Shown here piece by piece: positions 9,021 through 19,215 of a DNA stretch of 64,000 bases. The notes beneath the pieces are model-generated. The model saw only the letters and a program-made list of their open reading frames with translations, was not told where the DNA came from and did not search any database. A program made the translations under genes and the position numbers. The DNA is taken from contig CACWOL010000004.1 in the NCBI GenBank assembly GCA_902762495.1, positions 355 to 64,354 on the forward strand, given 5' to 3'. The DNA is from an uncultured bacterium. GTDB taxonomy: Bacteria > Verrucomicrobiota > Lentisphaeria > Victivallales > UBA1829. How positions within the stretch are numbered: the stretch's first letter is position 1; each line of letters starts with the position of its first letter.

Positions 9021-10253
9021 ATGGCTGTTTTCAGACCCTTCCACGCCCTCATGCCCCGTCCGGCCGAAGTCGCGCAGGTGGCCGCCGTCCCCTACGACGT
9101 CGTAAACACCGCCGAAGCGGCGAAGCTCGCCGACGGCAATCCGCTGACATTCCTCCGCGTCTCCCGCCCCGAGATCGAACTCCCCGCGGGCACGGACATC
9201 CATTCCGACGCCGTGTACGACAAGGCGCTCGCGAACTTCAAACGCCTCTGCGCGGCGGCCCCCCTCGCCCACGACCCCGAGGCGAACCTCTACGTCTATG
9301 CGCTCACCATGGACGGCCGCACGCAGATCGGCATCGCGGGCACCGCTTCCGCCGCCGAATACGATTCCGGCGTCATCAAGAAGCACGAGACCACGCGCCG
9401 CGACAAGGAGGACGACCGCGCCCGCCACGTCATGACGCTCCGTTCGCAGACCGGCCCGGTCTTCCTGACCTACCGCGACGTCCCGGCAATCGACGCCCTC
9501 GTCGCCGACATCATCAAAGAGAAACCGTTCTTCTCGTTCACTGCCGCGGACGGCATCAGGCACGAACTTTGGAAGGCCGGTGACAAGAGCGTCGCGCTCG
9601 CCCGCCTCTTCGCGGACGCCGTGCCGTGCTTCTACATCGCCGACGGCCACCACCGCGCCGCATCCGCCGCCCGCGCCGCCAGGACCTGCCGCGCCGCGAA
9701 CCCGGCCCACACCGGCGACGAGGAGTACAACTACTTCCTCGCCGTGGCGTTCCCCGCCAACCAGCTCCGCATCCTCCCGTACAACCGCGCGGTGAAGGAC
9801 CTGAACGGCCTCACGGAAGCGGAATTCCTCGCGAAGATCGCCGACGCAGGCTTCGAAGTTGCGGAAACCGCGACGAAGTCGCCCGACCGCTCCGGCACGT
9901 TCCGCATGTACCTCGGCGGGAAATGGTACGCGCTCACGCCGAAGTTCTCCTTGGACGGGCTCTCCGTGACCGCCTGCCTCGACGTCAGCATCCTGCAGGA
10001 CCGCGTGCTCGGCCCGATCCTCGGCATCGACGATCCGCGCACAAACGCCCGCATCGACTTCATCGGCGGCATCCGCGGCACGGGCGAACTCGAGCGTCTC
10101 TGCGCCGAGGGCCTCGCCGCCGTCTGCTTCTCCATGTATCCGACCACGCTCGACCAGCTGATGGCGATCGCCGACGCCGGTTCCATCATGCCCCCGAAAT
10201 CCACCTGGTTCGAACCGAAGCTCCGCGACGGCCTCGTGTCCCACGATTTCTGA
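9021..10253 (+). CDS. DUF1015 family protein
   Basis: PYDVV, KKHETTR, YIADGHHR and MPPKSTWFEPKLRDGL motifs. Confidence 0.9.
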   Translation: MAVFRPFHALMPRPAEVAQVAAVPYDVVNTAEAAKLADGNPLTFLRVSRPEIELPAGTDIHSDAVYDKALANFKRLCAAAPLAHDPEANLYVYALTMDGRTQIGIAGTASAAEYDSGVIKKHETTRRDKEDDRARHVMTLRSQTGPVFLTYRDVPAIDALVADIIKEKPFFSFTAADGIRHELWKAGDKSVALARLFADAVPCFYIADGHHRAASAARAARTCRAANPAHTGDEEYNYFLAVAFPANQLRILPYNRAVKDLNGLTEAEFLAKIADAGFEVAETATKSPDRSGTFRMYLGGKWYALTPKFSLDGLSVTACLDVSILQDRVLGPILGIDDPRTNARIDFIGGIRGTGELERLCAEGLAAVCFSMYPTTLDQLMAIADAGSIMPPKSTWFEPKLRDGLVSHDF

Positions 10254-10270
10254 TCCCGGAGAAACGCGAC

Positions 10271-11008
10271 ATGAAGACAGCCGTCATCATCCCCGCCCGA
10301 ATGGGCTCCATGCGGTTCCCCGGCAAAGTCCTCGCCGAACTCGGCGGCAAGCCGGTCATCCAGCACGTCTGGGAGAACGCCATGCGTTCGAAGGCCGATT
10401 CCGTCACCGTCGCCGCCGACGATCCCCGCGTGGAACAGGCCGTGAAGTCGTTCGGCGGGCACGTCGTCATGACGAAGCCGTCGCACCCGTCCGGGTCCGA
10501 CCGCGTGTGGGAAGCCGCCCAGTCGACCGACGCCGGGCTGATCGTGAACGTCCAGGGCGACGAACCGTTCCTGCCGCACGAGGTCATCGACGACCTGATC
10601 GACGCCATGCACGGTCCCGACGCGCCCGCGATGGGCACCGTGGTCCTGCCGTGCTCCCGCGCCGACATCGCCGCGAACCCGAACCTCCCGAAGGTCGTCC
10701 TCACGACCGACGATTACGCGCTGTACTTCAGCCGTTCCATGATCCCCTACCTGCGCGAAGGCGGCGAGGAAACCGAGGTCTACCGTCACTGGGGCATCTA
10801 CGCCTACCGCCGCGAGACGCTCGCGAAGTTCGTTTCCCTGCCGGAAGGCCGCCTCGAACGCTGCGAAAAGCTCGAACAGCTCCGCGCGCTGGAGAACGGC
10901 ATCCGCATCAAGGTCATCAAAACGTCGTTCGACTCCATCGGGATCGACACGCCGGACGATCTCGTGCGTGCGCAGGAATTTCTTGCCCGTAGGGCAAAAA
11001 GCATTTGA
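10271..11008 (+). CDS. kdsB: 3-deoxy-manno-octulosonate cytidylyltransferase
   Basis: IIPARMGSMRFPGK, VNVQGDEP and LEQLRALENG motifs. Confidence 0.95.
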   Translation: MKTAVIIPARMGSMRFPGKVLAELGGKPVIQHVWENAMRSKADSVTVAADDPRVEQAVKSFGGHVVMTKPSHPSGSDRVWEAAQSTDAGLIVNVQGDEPFLPHEVIDDLIDAMHGPDAPAMGTVVLPCSRADIAANPNLPKVVLTTDDYALYFSRSMIPYLREGGEETEVYRHWGIYAYRRETLAKFVSLPEGRLERCEKLEQLRALENGIRIKVIKTSFDSIGIDTPDDLVRAQEFLARRAKSI

Positions 11009-11077
11009 TTTTTCCCGCTTTTGTGATATTGTATTGAAAACCGAAATATTTTTTCTGCAAACAGGACGTACGACGCC

Positions 11078-11905
11078 ATGACAGTTTCTCCCGTGAAAAC
11101 CTCGAACCGGACCATCGGCTGCGGCAAACTCGCCGTGTTCGCCGGACCTTGCGTCGCGGAATCCCGCGACCTGTGTCTCCGCGTGGCGGAACACCTGACG
11201 AAGGTCTGCGACAAGCTCGGCGTTCAGTATATCTTCAAGGCGTCGTTCGACAAGGCGAACCGGAGTTCCGGCGAATCGTTCCGCGGCCCCGGCATCGATG
11301 CCGGGCTCGCCATGCTCTCCGCCGTGAAGGACCAGTTCGGGCTTCCGGTCGTCACCGACGTCCACGAATCCGCGCAGGCCGCGCAGGTGGCCACCGTGGC
11401 GGATTTCCTTCAGATCCCGGCGTTCCTCTGCCGCCAGACCGACCTCCTCGCGGCGTGCGCTGCGACCGGCCGTCCGGTCAACGTGAAGAAGGGGCAGTTC
11501 CTCGCTCCCGAAGACATGGCAGGCGTGATCGGCAAACTCCGCGCCACGGGTTGCAAAGACATCCTGCTGACCGAACGCGGCACCACGTTCGGCTATCACA
11601 ACCTCGTGGTCGACATGCGGTCGCTGGCGGCGATGCGCGCGCTCGGCGTGCCGGTGGTATTCGACGCCACGCACTCCGTGCAGCTCCCCGGCGGGCTCGG
11701 CAAGGCGTCCGGCGGCCAGCGCCAGTACGTGCCGTATCTGGCGCGCGCGGCCGCGGCGGTCGGCATCGACGCGCTGTTCCTAGAGGTCCACCCGGATCCC
11801 GACCACGCGCTTTCCGACGGCCCGAACTCGTTGAATTTCGAATCCGCGGCAAAAACCATTGAACAAGTCAAGGCGATCTATGAGCTTACCGGACAATATC
11901 TCTGA
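11078..11905 (+). CDS. kdsA: KDO-8-phosphate synthase
   Basis: [30 protein letters not shown] and FDATHSVQ motifs. Confidence 0.97.
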   Translation: MTVSPVKTSNRTIGCGKLAVFAGPCVAESRDLCLRVAEHLTKVCDKLGVQYIFKASFDKANRSSGESFRGPGIDAGLAMLSAVKDQFGLPVVTDVHESAQAAQVATVADFLQIPAFLCRQTDLLAACAATGRPVNVKKGQFLAPEDMAGVIGKLRATGCKDILLTERGTTFGYHNLVVDMRSLAAMRALGVPVVFDATHSVQLPGGLGKASGGQRQYVPYLARAAAAVGIDALFLEVHPDPDHALSDGPNSLNFESAAKTIEQVKAIYELTGQYL

Positions 11906-12404
11906 CATCAAGGCGATCGTGCTCGACGTCGACGGCGTCCTCACGGACGGCCGCATCGGCTACGGAGCAGGCAGTCCCGACGAGATCAAGTTCTTCGACG
12001 TCCGGGACGGCCAGGGCATCCGCCTTGCCATGCGCGCCGGACTGCTCGTCGGCATCCTCTCCGGTCGCAAGAGCAAGGCAAACGAAACCCGCGCGAAAGA
12101 GCTCGGCCTCTCGTTCCTCTACGAAGGCTGCCTCGACAAGCTCTCCGGCTGGGAGACGCTCCTCACCGAACAGGGCCTGAAACCCTCCGAATGCATGTAC
12201 ATCGGCGACGACGTCGTGGACATGCCCCCCATGCGCCGCGCGGGATTCCCCGTGGCGGTCGCCGACGCCGCCCCCGAACTCGACTCCGTGGCGGCCCTCC
12301 GCACCAAGCACTCCGGCGGTCGCGGCGCGGTCCGCGAAGCCGTCGAAATACTTCTGAAAGGACAGGGCAAATGGGACTCCGTGCTCGCAAAATACATGCT
12401 CTGA
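11880..12404 (+). CDS. kdsC: KDO-8-phosphate phosphatase (HAD)
   Basis: [17 protein letters not shown] and [11 protein letters not shown] motifs. Confidence 0.93.
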   Translation: MSLPDNISDIKAIVLDVDGVLTDGRIGYGAGSPDEIKFFDVRDGQGIRLAMRAGLLVGILSGRKSKANETRAKELGLSFLYEGCLDKLSGWETLLTEQGLKPSECMYIGDDVVDMPPMRRAGFPVAVADAAPELDSVAALRTKHSGGRGAVREAVEILLKGQGKWDSVLAKYML

Positions 12405-14881
12405 GCCTGCTGTTCCTCCTCGCGGCGGCATTCGGCTCCGGGACGATCCTGCTTGCGCAGGACCTCTCGTCGGGCTCCCATACCGTCATCAAACGGTACA
12501 TCCTGCCCCGGTACAGCAACAGGGGCGATCTCCAGTGCATCATCTACGGCACGCAGGCGATCAATGAAGGTTCGCTGATCCGTCTGGCCTTCACTCCGCA
12601 TCAGGATTCGGGCAAAAACGATGAAGACCAGGTCGCCGTCATGATCGACTTCGTGGACGGGTCCGCCTACTCGTCCATCAACCAGATCGAGACGGTCAAG
12701 CCGAATCAGGTCTATCCGACCCCGTACAAGCTCGGAGCGAAGGAAAAGACCATTCAGGAATGGTGGACCAGAAACCGTCACAAACACTCCCAGGCATGGA
12801 TTTTCATTGAAAAGACCAAGCTGAACGCCGCGGAGGGGTCCGTCTCCGATTCTTCCGTGAAAAAGAGTTCGGATTCTGCGGTCGTCGTCGCGGTGTTCGA
12901 CAAGTCAACCAATATCCTCACCAGCGATGAGACCGCCTTCTTCCGTTCCCGCCAGCTCGACGCGGACGGCATCGGATTCGACGCGTTCAGTGAACGCAAG
13001 TTCATCCATATCCGGTCCAATGTCCGGGCTATCCTCCATATCAAGGACGACAAAAAGCATTCCCCGGATGAACCTTCCGAGGACGAGGAAGAGGAGGGAA
13101 TCGGCAGCCTGTTCTCGTCGGAAAAGCCTGCCGATGTGTGGGCGGATTCGGCGGACATCGACCTCGAAAATAACATCGTCACGCTGATCGGCAATGTAAT
13201 CGTGGACGACCATAAGAACAAGATCACCTGCGACAAAATGGAGATCAGCCTGGAAGACGACGCCGCGGATACGCTGATCGGCTCCGCGGAAAAGCCCGCC
13301 GATGCCCCCGGCGCGGAAAAGACGGAGGAACCCGAAGTCGAGGAAGACGATGATGACGACGATGAAGATACCGGCAGCATCCGCAAGATCGTCTGCATCG
13401 GAAATGTGGTATGCAGGATGAAGGACGATTCCGACGGAAACGGGAAAGACCAGATCGCGCTGTGCGAACAGGCAGAATACGATGTCCGCAAGAGAGTCGT
13501 CGTGATGACCGGCGCGCACTCTGCGCCCGCGGACGTGGTCCCGGAATCCGTGTACGGCGTCATGGAGCGCCAGATCCGCAGGAACATCCTCGCGAAAAGC
13601 CCTGTGATGATACAGGGCGAGGACTGGATGATCGGGGATTCCTTCACCATCTTCATCAAGGAAAAGAACCGTCTGCAGGTCAACGAGATCAAGGTCAATT
13701 ACACCGGCTCCCTCATGTCCATGAAGGAGGAAGACCAAAAAGAATCTTCCGGTGAACAGACGGACGCCGGCGAAAACCAGGCCACGCTGATCTCCGCCGA
13801 CAAAGCCGATATCAACATCGAAAACAATTTCATCCTGCTCAGCGGAAACGTGGACGTCGACGACCAGGCCAGCAAGATCACGTGCCGGGAAATGGAAATC
13901 CGTCTGAACGGGGACAAACAGTCCTCCGCCGCGGGCGATGACGCCCCGGACAAAACCGCGGCACAGGATTCCGGCGAACAGGAAGACTCTTTGCTCGGCA
14001 ACAAAAGCGTTTCGAAGGTCATCTGCAAAAACGACGTCGTGTACATGGAACGCCCGAAAGCGGACGAGCCCGACGGAGAAAGCCGGATCGCCATGTCCGA
14101 ACGGGCCGAATACGACGCCGTCAAGGAGACCATCCTCATGACGGGCGCCCCCGTCGTGATGCAGGGCACGAACAAACTGCACGGCGAGACCATCGAAATC
14201 CTGACAAAGGAAGACAACCGCGTCAAGGTCAACACGGTCAAGGCGCACCTCGCGGGCAGGCTCCTCTCCTCCGACGAGGAGGATTCGTCCGGCATCGGCA
14301 CGACCACGATCACGGCCAGCACCGCCGACTTCAGGCCGAACGAAAAGATCACGCTTTCCAGGAACGTCGTCATCGACGACGGTTCCGGCAGGATCACCTG
14401 CTCCGAAATGGATATCTTCCTGCAGAAGGATTCCTCGAATTCGTTCTTCTCCTCCGGGAAACAGACGGCTCGGGACAATGAGGACGGCGACGAGATCAAA
14501 AACGACGTCTCGAAGATCGTCTGTTCCGGGAACGTCGTCTATCGCAGGCAGGCCGACGGACAGGAACAGGTCGTCCTGGCCCGCAAGGCGGACTACGATG
14601 CCGTCGACGAGATCATCGTCATGTCCGGCGCGCATACAGCCCCGCAGGGCGAGGTCTCACAGGAAACTTACGCCGAGATCAAACGCGCGCTCGGAAGCGG
14701 GACCACGGCCTCGGGCGCCAGCATTTTCGAGCAGTATTCGATCCTGATGCAGGGGGACAACTGGATCGCCGGAAATCCCATCACGATCCATCCCAAGGAA
14801 GGGAACCGCCTGAAGGTAACCGACATGAAGGCCGCCCTGAGACGGTCTTCCCTGACCCAATCCGCAGAGGGGAGGAACTGA
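12371..14881 (+). CDS. LptC-like N-terminal domain fused to three tandem LptA/OstA-like domains
   Basis: Occupies the lptC position (kdsC-X-lptA-lptB); N-terminal hydrophobic anchor; three repeats of ADxAD..TLxGNVxVDD..KITC..MEI..L..KIVCxGxVV..AxYD. Confidence 0.75.
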   Translation: MGLRARKIHALSLLFLLAAAFGSGTILLAQDLSSGSHTVIKRYILPRYSNRGDLQCIIYGTQAINEGSLIRLAFTPHQDSGKNDEDQVAVMIDFVDGSAYSSINQIETVKPNQVYPTPYKLGAKEKTIQEWWTRNRHKHSQAWIFIEKTKLNAAEGSVSDSSVKKSSDSAVVVAVFDKSTNILTSDETAFFRSRQLDADGIGFDAFSERKFIHIRSNVRAILHIKDDKKHSPDEPSEDEEEEGIGSLFSSEKPADVWADSADIDLENNIVTLIGNVIVDDHKNKITCDKMEISLEDDAADTLIGSAEKPADAPGAEKTEEPEVEEDDDDDDEDTGSIRKIVCIGNVVCRMKDDSDGNGKDQIALCEQAEYDVRKRVVVMTGAHSAPADVVPESVYGVMERQIRRNILAKSPVMIQGEDWMIGDSFTIFIKEKNRLQVNEIKVNYTGSLMSMKEEDQKESSGEQTDAGENQATLISADKADINIENNFILLSGNVDVDDQASKITCREMEIRLNGDKQSSAAGDDAPDKTAAQDSGEQEDSLLGNKSVSKVICKNDVVYMERPKADEPDGESRIAMSERAEYDAVKETILMTGAPVVMQGTNKLHGETIEILTKEDNRVKVNTVKAHLAGRLLSSDEEDSSGIGTTTITASTADFRPNEKITLSRNVVIDDGSGRITCSEMDIFLQKDSSNSFFSSGKQTARDNEDGDEIKNDVSKIVCSGNVVYRRQADGQEQVVLARKADYDAVDEIIVMSGAHTAPQGEVSQETYAEIKRALGSGTTASGASIFEQYSILMQGDNWIAGNPITIHPKEGNRLKVTDMKAALRRSSLTQSAEGRN

Positions 14882-15008
14882 CGATGAACCGAATCCATGA
14901 AAACGTTTTGCGTGCGGAATCCCATCTCCGCAATACGCTTCTCCGCACATATCCCGTCCCGGCAATTGATACGGCCGCGGCTCTCACTCCAACCAAAGGA
15001 ACCAAGCT

Positions 15009-15803
15009 ATGACGTCCATCTTCCGTTCGTTTCTGGTCGCGTCCGGCATCTTCGCCGCTTTCACAGCTGTTCAGCCCGCGCTCCACGCCCAGGGGTTCGG
15101 CGGGGCTTTCTCCTCCTTCTTCGCGGAAGACGAGGACGACGACAATTCCCCCGTCGACGTTTCCGCCAACGTCGCGGACATCTACCTCGAGAAAAACATC
15201 ATCACGCTCCTCGGCAACGTCATCGTGGACAAGAAGGGGACCAAAATCACCTGCAACAAGATGGAGATCTTCCTGAAGGACAAGTCGGAAAAGTCCGACG
15301 ACGAGGAGAAGGAAAAGAAGGCGGAGGAGAAACCCGCCCCCAAGCCAGCCGCGGTCGCGGTCCCGGCCGGGGAAGCCGCCGCGAAACAGGACGGCAAGGA
15401 GAAAAAGGACGACGACGGAATGAACCAGAACATCTCCAAGCTCGTCTGCACGGGCGACGTCGTGTATCGTCAGCAGAAACCGGAAAACCCGGACGACGAT
15501 TCCCTCGCGCTGTCGAACAAAGGCGACTACGATGAAAAGACCGGGATCATCGTCATGACCGGCGGCCATGCGAATCCGGAGGAAGAGCTTTCCAAGGCCA
15601 TGTACGACGACATCGTGCGCGTGGTCGGCAAGAACATGGTCAAGGAATACCCCATCATGAAACAGGGAACAAACTGGATCCTCGGAGACAGGATCGAAAT
15701 CTTCGTCAAGGACCGCAACCATATGCGCGTCATCAACCCCAGAGTCAGCTCGAACAAAGCCCTCTCGACCAGCAACACACAATCCGGGAGCACACGCCGA
15801 TGA
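15009..15803 (+). CDS. lptA: LPS transport periplasmic protein, LptA-like
   Basis: Signal peptide; single OstA-like domain (ITLLGNVIVD..ITCNKMEIFL); directly before lptB. Confidence 0.7.
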   Translation: MTSIFRSFLVASGIFAAFTAVQPALHAQGFGGAFSSFFAEDEDDDNSPVDVSANVADIYLEKNIITLLGNVIVDKKGTKITCNKMEIFLKDKSEKSDDEEKEKKAEEKPAPKPAAVAVPAGEAAAKQDGKEKKDDDGMNQNISKLVCTGDVVYRQQKPENPDDDSLALSNKGDYDEKTGIIVMTGGHANPEEELSKAMYDDIVRVVGKNMVKEYPIMKQGTNWILGDRIEIFVKDRNHMRVINPRVSSNKALSTSNTQSGSTRR

Positions 15804-16663
15804 TCGATACCAATGAAACCAATTTCCCCGCCGAAGAACGGAACGAGGCCGGAACACAGCCGGCGGCCGGGACGGCGGAAACATCACACGTCGAACCGGA
15901 GTTCGACGCCCTCATGAATCCGGAACAGATGCCGCCGGGCCAGGTCCTTCTGGAGGCGAAAGGCCTTGTCAAGGCATACCGCGGCAGGAGAGTCGTGAAC
16001 AACGTCAACCTCACGGTCAAGAGCGGCCAGATCGTCGGCCTCCTCGGACCGAACGGCGCGGGCAAGACCACGAGCTTCTACATGGTCACCGGCCTCATCA
16101 AGCCCAACGAAGGCGAAGTATTCTTCAAGGGCGTGGACGTCTCGCATTTCCCGATGTACGTCCGCGCGCGCATGGGCATGGGCTACCTGGCGCAGGAACC
16201 CACGATCTTCCGCAAACTCTCCGTCGAGGACAATATCCTTGCCATCCTCCAGACGCTCGACATCTCCGCCAAGGAACGCAAGGCGCGCCTGAAGGACCTG
16301 CTCGCGAAACTCGACCTCACCCACCTCGCGAAACAGAAGGCCATGACCCTCTCCGGCGGCGAACGCCGCCGTCTCGAAATCACGCGCGCGCTCGTCACGA
16401 ATCCGTCGTTCATCATGCTCGACGAACCGTTCAGCGGCGTCGACCCGATCGTGGTGTACGAGATCCAGAAGATCATCAGGAAGCTCCGCGACATGGGCCT
16501 CGGCATCCTCATCACCGACCACAACGTCCGCGAAACGCTCTCCTGCGTGGACCACGCTTACCTCATGGCCGACGGCAAGGTCTGCCTCGAGGGGTCTTCC
16601 GATTTCCTCATCAACAGCGAGGAAGCGCGCAAGATTTACCTCGGTCCGGCATTCGTGCTCTGA
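15800..16663 (+). CDS. lptB: LPS export ABC transporter ATP-binding protein
   Basis: GLLGPNGAGKTTSFYM, LSGGERRRLEI, LDEPFSGVDP and ITDHNVRETL motifs. Confidence 0.95.
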   Translation: MIDTNETNFPAEERNEAGTQPAAGTAETSHVEPEFDALMNPEQMPPGQVLLEAKGLVKAYRGRRVVNNVNLTVKSGQIVGLLGPNGAGKTTSFYMVTGLIKPNEGEVFFKGVDVSHFPMYVRARMGMGYLAQEPTIFRKLSVEDNILAILQTLDISAKERKARLKDLLAKLDLTHLAKQKAMTLSGGERRRLEITRALVTNPSFIMLDEPFSGVDPIVVYEIQKIIRKLRDMGLGILITDHNVRETLSCVDHAYLMADGKVCLEGSSDFLINSEEARKIYLGPAFVL

Positions 16664-16691
16664 CCGCTCATTTCAACCCGGAGGCACGCCC

Positions 16692-17060
16692 GTGAAAGCC
16701 CGCATCAATCTCGTTCTTCAGGTCGCCGACATCGCGGCGGAACGCACTTTCTACCGGGACGTCGTCGGGCTCGGCGAACCCGTCATGAACAGCAACGTCT
16801 GGGTCGAGTTCAAGCTCGACGGGGGAACCTCGTTCTGCCTGGAGCAGGCCGCCCCGAACAAGCCGCCCCTGCCCCCGCACGGCCGTACGGAGTTCCTGTT
16901 CATCGTCGATTCGCTCGACGAATTCGAGAAGCGCTACCGTTCGCACGGGATCGCAAACGCCCCGGAAGGCGTGCCCTGCGGACAGGTCGGGATCCATGCC
17001 GTACAGTACCCGGACCCCGAAGGCAACCTCTTCCGCGTCACCGACAGACAGCACAGCTGA
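16692..17060 (+). CDS. VOC/glyoxalase family protein
   Basis: VADIAAERTFYRDVVGL..WVEF..DPEGNLF. Confidence 0.8.
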   Translation: MKARINLVLQVADIAAERTFYRDVVGLGEPVMNSNVWVEFKLDGGTSFCLEQAAPNKPPLPPHGRTEFLFIVDSLDEFEKRYRSHGIANAPEGVPCGQVGIHAVQYPDPEGNLFRVTDRQHS

Positions 17061-17074
17061 AAGGGGGCAGCCCC

Positions 17075-18046
17075 ATGAAGACGACAGCTTCTTTCCCCTC
17101 GAAGGCCGCGCATCTCTGCGTGTGCACGGCCCTGCTCGGACTCGCCGTCCCGCTGGCCGCGCATCCCGCCGGAGACCACCTGCCCGAAGTCGAGGGAGCC
17201 GTCACGCTCCTGACGCCCGATCAGGTCAAAGACGCCCCGTTCCTGCCGGACGCGAAGAACAATCCGCTGTTCCTCAAGTACGAGGACATGCTCGCCAAAC
17301 TCGAGGCGAAGCACATCAAATTGAACGTGCGTTCGCTGGCGGTCTTCGGCGAGGGATTCCTGATGAACTCGTCCGCCTCGCCCGCGACCGTGCGCTACAT
17401 CCTGAAATACAAGCTCCTCGGCGAAGAATACACCTGGACCGAGACCGGAGACGCGGATCATCCGGCATTCAATCTGACCGTCCCCGACGGCGGTTCCTTC
17501 CGCATCACCTTCCCCGCGAAGGACTGGCTGCTGTGCGCGGCGAACCGGCCGCCCGAGCCCGCGGACGATCCGTCCGAAGCGAAGCAGCCGGAAAATAAAG
17601 AGAAAATGTCCGCCGTTTCCGCCGCGTCCCTGCTCAAATCCCTGCCGGACGACGTCGCGATGGCGTATGTCTGGCCGGAACCCGGCGCCACGCCGGAATA
17701 CCCCCTGATGGGCGAGCTCAAAAGCATCTCGTTCCACATCGTCCGCGACGCGAAGGACAAGCGCCCGGTCCATGCGGAACTCGTCATGCCCGCGAAAACC
17801 GCCGACGCCGCGCTGAAGATTCAGCGGGCATGCCAGGACACGTTCGATCAGGTCTACGGCGAGGCGGCGAAACTCGGCAAAATCCCGCCCGAACTCGTCA
17901 ACGCGTTCACGGTCGCGCGCGACGACGACAAAGTCACGATCCGCATCGCCCTCCCCGACGACATGGCGAAATACTTCTTCACGACGTTCGCCGCCGCGCT
18001 TCAGGAGGAGGTCAAACCGTTCGCCGTCCCGGACAAGCTCAAGTAA
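17075..18046 (+). CDS. Secreted hypothetical protein
   Basis: Signal-peptide-like N-terminus; host codon bias; its last 63 nt are duplicated at 19001-19063. Confidence 0.75.
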   Translation: MKTTASFPSKAAHLCVCTALLGLAVPLAAHPAGDHLPEVEGAVTLLTPDQVKDAPFLPDAKNNPLFLKYEDMLAKLEAKHIKLNVRSLAVFGEGFLMNSSASPATVRYILKYKLLGEEYTWTETGDADHPAFNLTVPDGGSFRITFPAKDWLLCAANRPPEPADDPSEAKQPENKEKMSAVSAASLLKSLPDDVAMAYVWPEPGATPEYPLMGELKSISFHIVRDAKDKRPVHAELVMPAKTADAALKIQRACQDTFDQVYGEAAKLGKIPPELVNAFTVARDDDKVTIRIALPDDMAKYFFTTFAAALQEEVKPFAVPDKLK

Positions 18047-18125
18047 TCCCGACGCAGGCGGAATGCCGTGCCATTTATGACGGCCCGTCCGTTTTTCGCA
18101 ACTCGCTGATTTTTTTTTATTTAGC

Positions 18126-18153
18126 TTGACTTTACCCGTTTTTGTGATATAGT
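18126..18153 (+). promoter_or_regulatory. sigma70 promoter (related copy at ~19147-19178)
   Basis: TTGACT-16 nt-TATAGT; the TTAGCTTGACTTT..CCCGTT..TTGTGATA context recurs before 19216. Confidence 0.6.
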
Positions 18154-18200
18154 ACAACAAACAAAACAATCGCACAAGGATTTCAGGATCGGATTCGGGC

Positions 18201-18989
18201 ATGAACACAAATGAAACAGTACCGCCGACCATCGGCAAAGTCAGCGCGGATTATGTGTGCTTCCTATTCCGGTGTGATGTCACACCGGTCATAAAGATGA
18301 TATGGACCGCGGTGGTGATGCAGATCATCTTTTTCAGTCCGATTTTGGTGTCGATTCTGGGCGCATTCCAGTTCCCGCAGGTACCGATTCTGCAGAACAT
18401 ATTTTTTCTCATCGCGCCGCCGATCCTGGTCTCACTCGTATTTCCGTTCATCCCGGGCATCATTGTCCGCAGAAGACTCATGAATGACGTGATCCCCGCG
18501 TGCAGGAATTCCTGCTCCGAAAAAGAGATCGTTTCCGGTGCATTTCAATGCCTGCGGTTCATGTGGGGTCGTTACATCCTGTGTCTGCTGCCCGCCATCC
18601 TTGCCATCCTCGGAAGCATAGTCTACCTCTGTGCGGCGTGGCCTTTTAAAACCCCTTTTATCCTGCTGCTCGTTCCGGTTTTTCTTATCTTTCTGCTGGG
18701 GGAATGCGCTCTGGCGGTCTTCCCCGTCGCACGGATATTCAGCAGGAGAGCCGGCATGGTCGTCATGTTTCCGTTCATCATTCCGGGGCAGATCGTCATG
18801 ATACTGGATTGCCTCATCGGAGCATCCGGGTTTCTCTATTTCACGGACGGAGATGTACCGATACGGGAATATACCAACGCGACCATCATCATCCTTGCGG
18901 TCTGCGCCGCGCTGTTCGGCGGCGCACTTGCGTATTTCATCCATGCCGCGAAAAAAGATTCCGAAGGATGCTGGATGACGGACTTCTAA
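18201..18989 (+). CDS. Multi-pass membrane protein, paralog 1
   Basis: About 6 TM helices; shares MNTNET, KMIWxAVV.Q, PGII.RR, VIP.C.N.C..KEIV.GA, VFPVAR.F.R and YFIHAAK.D.E with 19216-20136. Confidence 0.8.
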   Translation: MNTNETVPPTIGKVSADYVCFLFRCDVTPVIKMIWTAVVMQIIFFSPILVSILGAFQFPQVPILQNIFFLIAPPILVSLVFPFIPGIIVRRRLMNDVIPACRNSCSEKEIVSGAFQCLRFMWGRYILCLLPAILAILGSIVYLCAAWPFKTPFILLLVPVFLIFLLGECALAVFPVARIFSRRAGMVVMFPFIIPGQIVMILDCLIGASGFLYFTDGDVPIREYTNATIIILAVCAALFGGALAYFIHAAKKDSEGCWMTDF

Positions 18990-19000
18990 AACGAATTTGT

Positions 19001-19063
19001 ACGTTCGCGACCGCGCTTCAGGAGGAGGTCAGACCGTTCGCCGTCCCGGACAAGCTCAAATAA
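19001..19063 (+). repeat. Orphan copy of the 3' end of gene 17075-18046
   Basis: 59/63 nt identical to 17984-18046. Confidence 0.95.
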
Positions 19064-19215
19064 CGATCCCGATGCAGGGCGTATCCGCGGGATTCGGGAC
19101 GATTCCGTCTTTTTTGTTGCAAGTCACTGTTTTTTTTTGATTTAGCTTGACTTTGCCCGTTACTTGTGATACTTTATAACAAAACATCATAAAGAACAGG
19201 GAAAAGGAACTCCGC

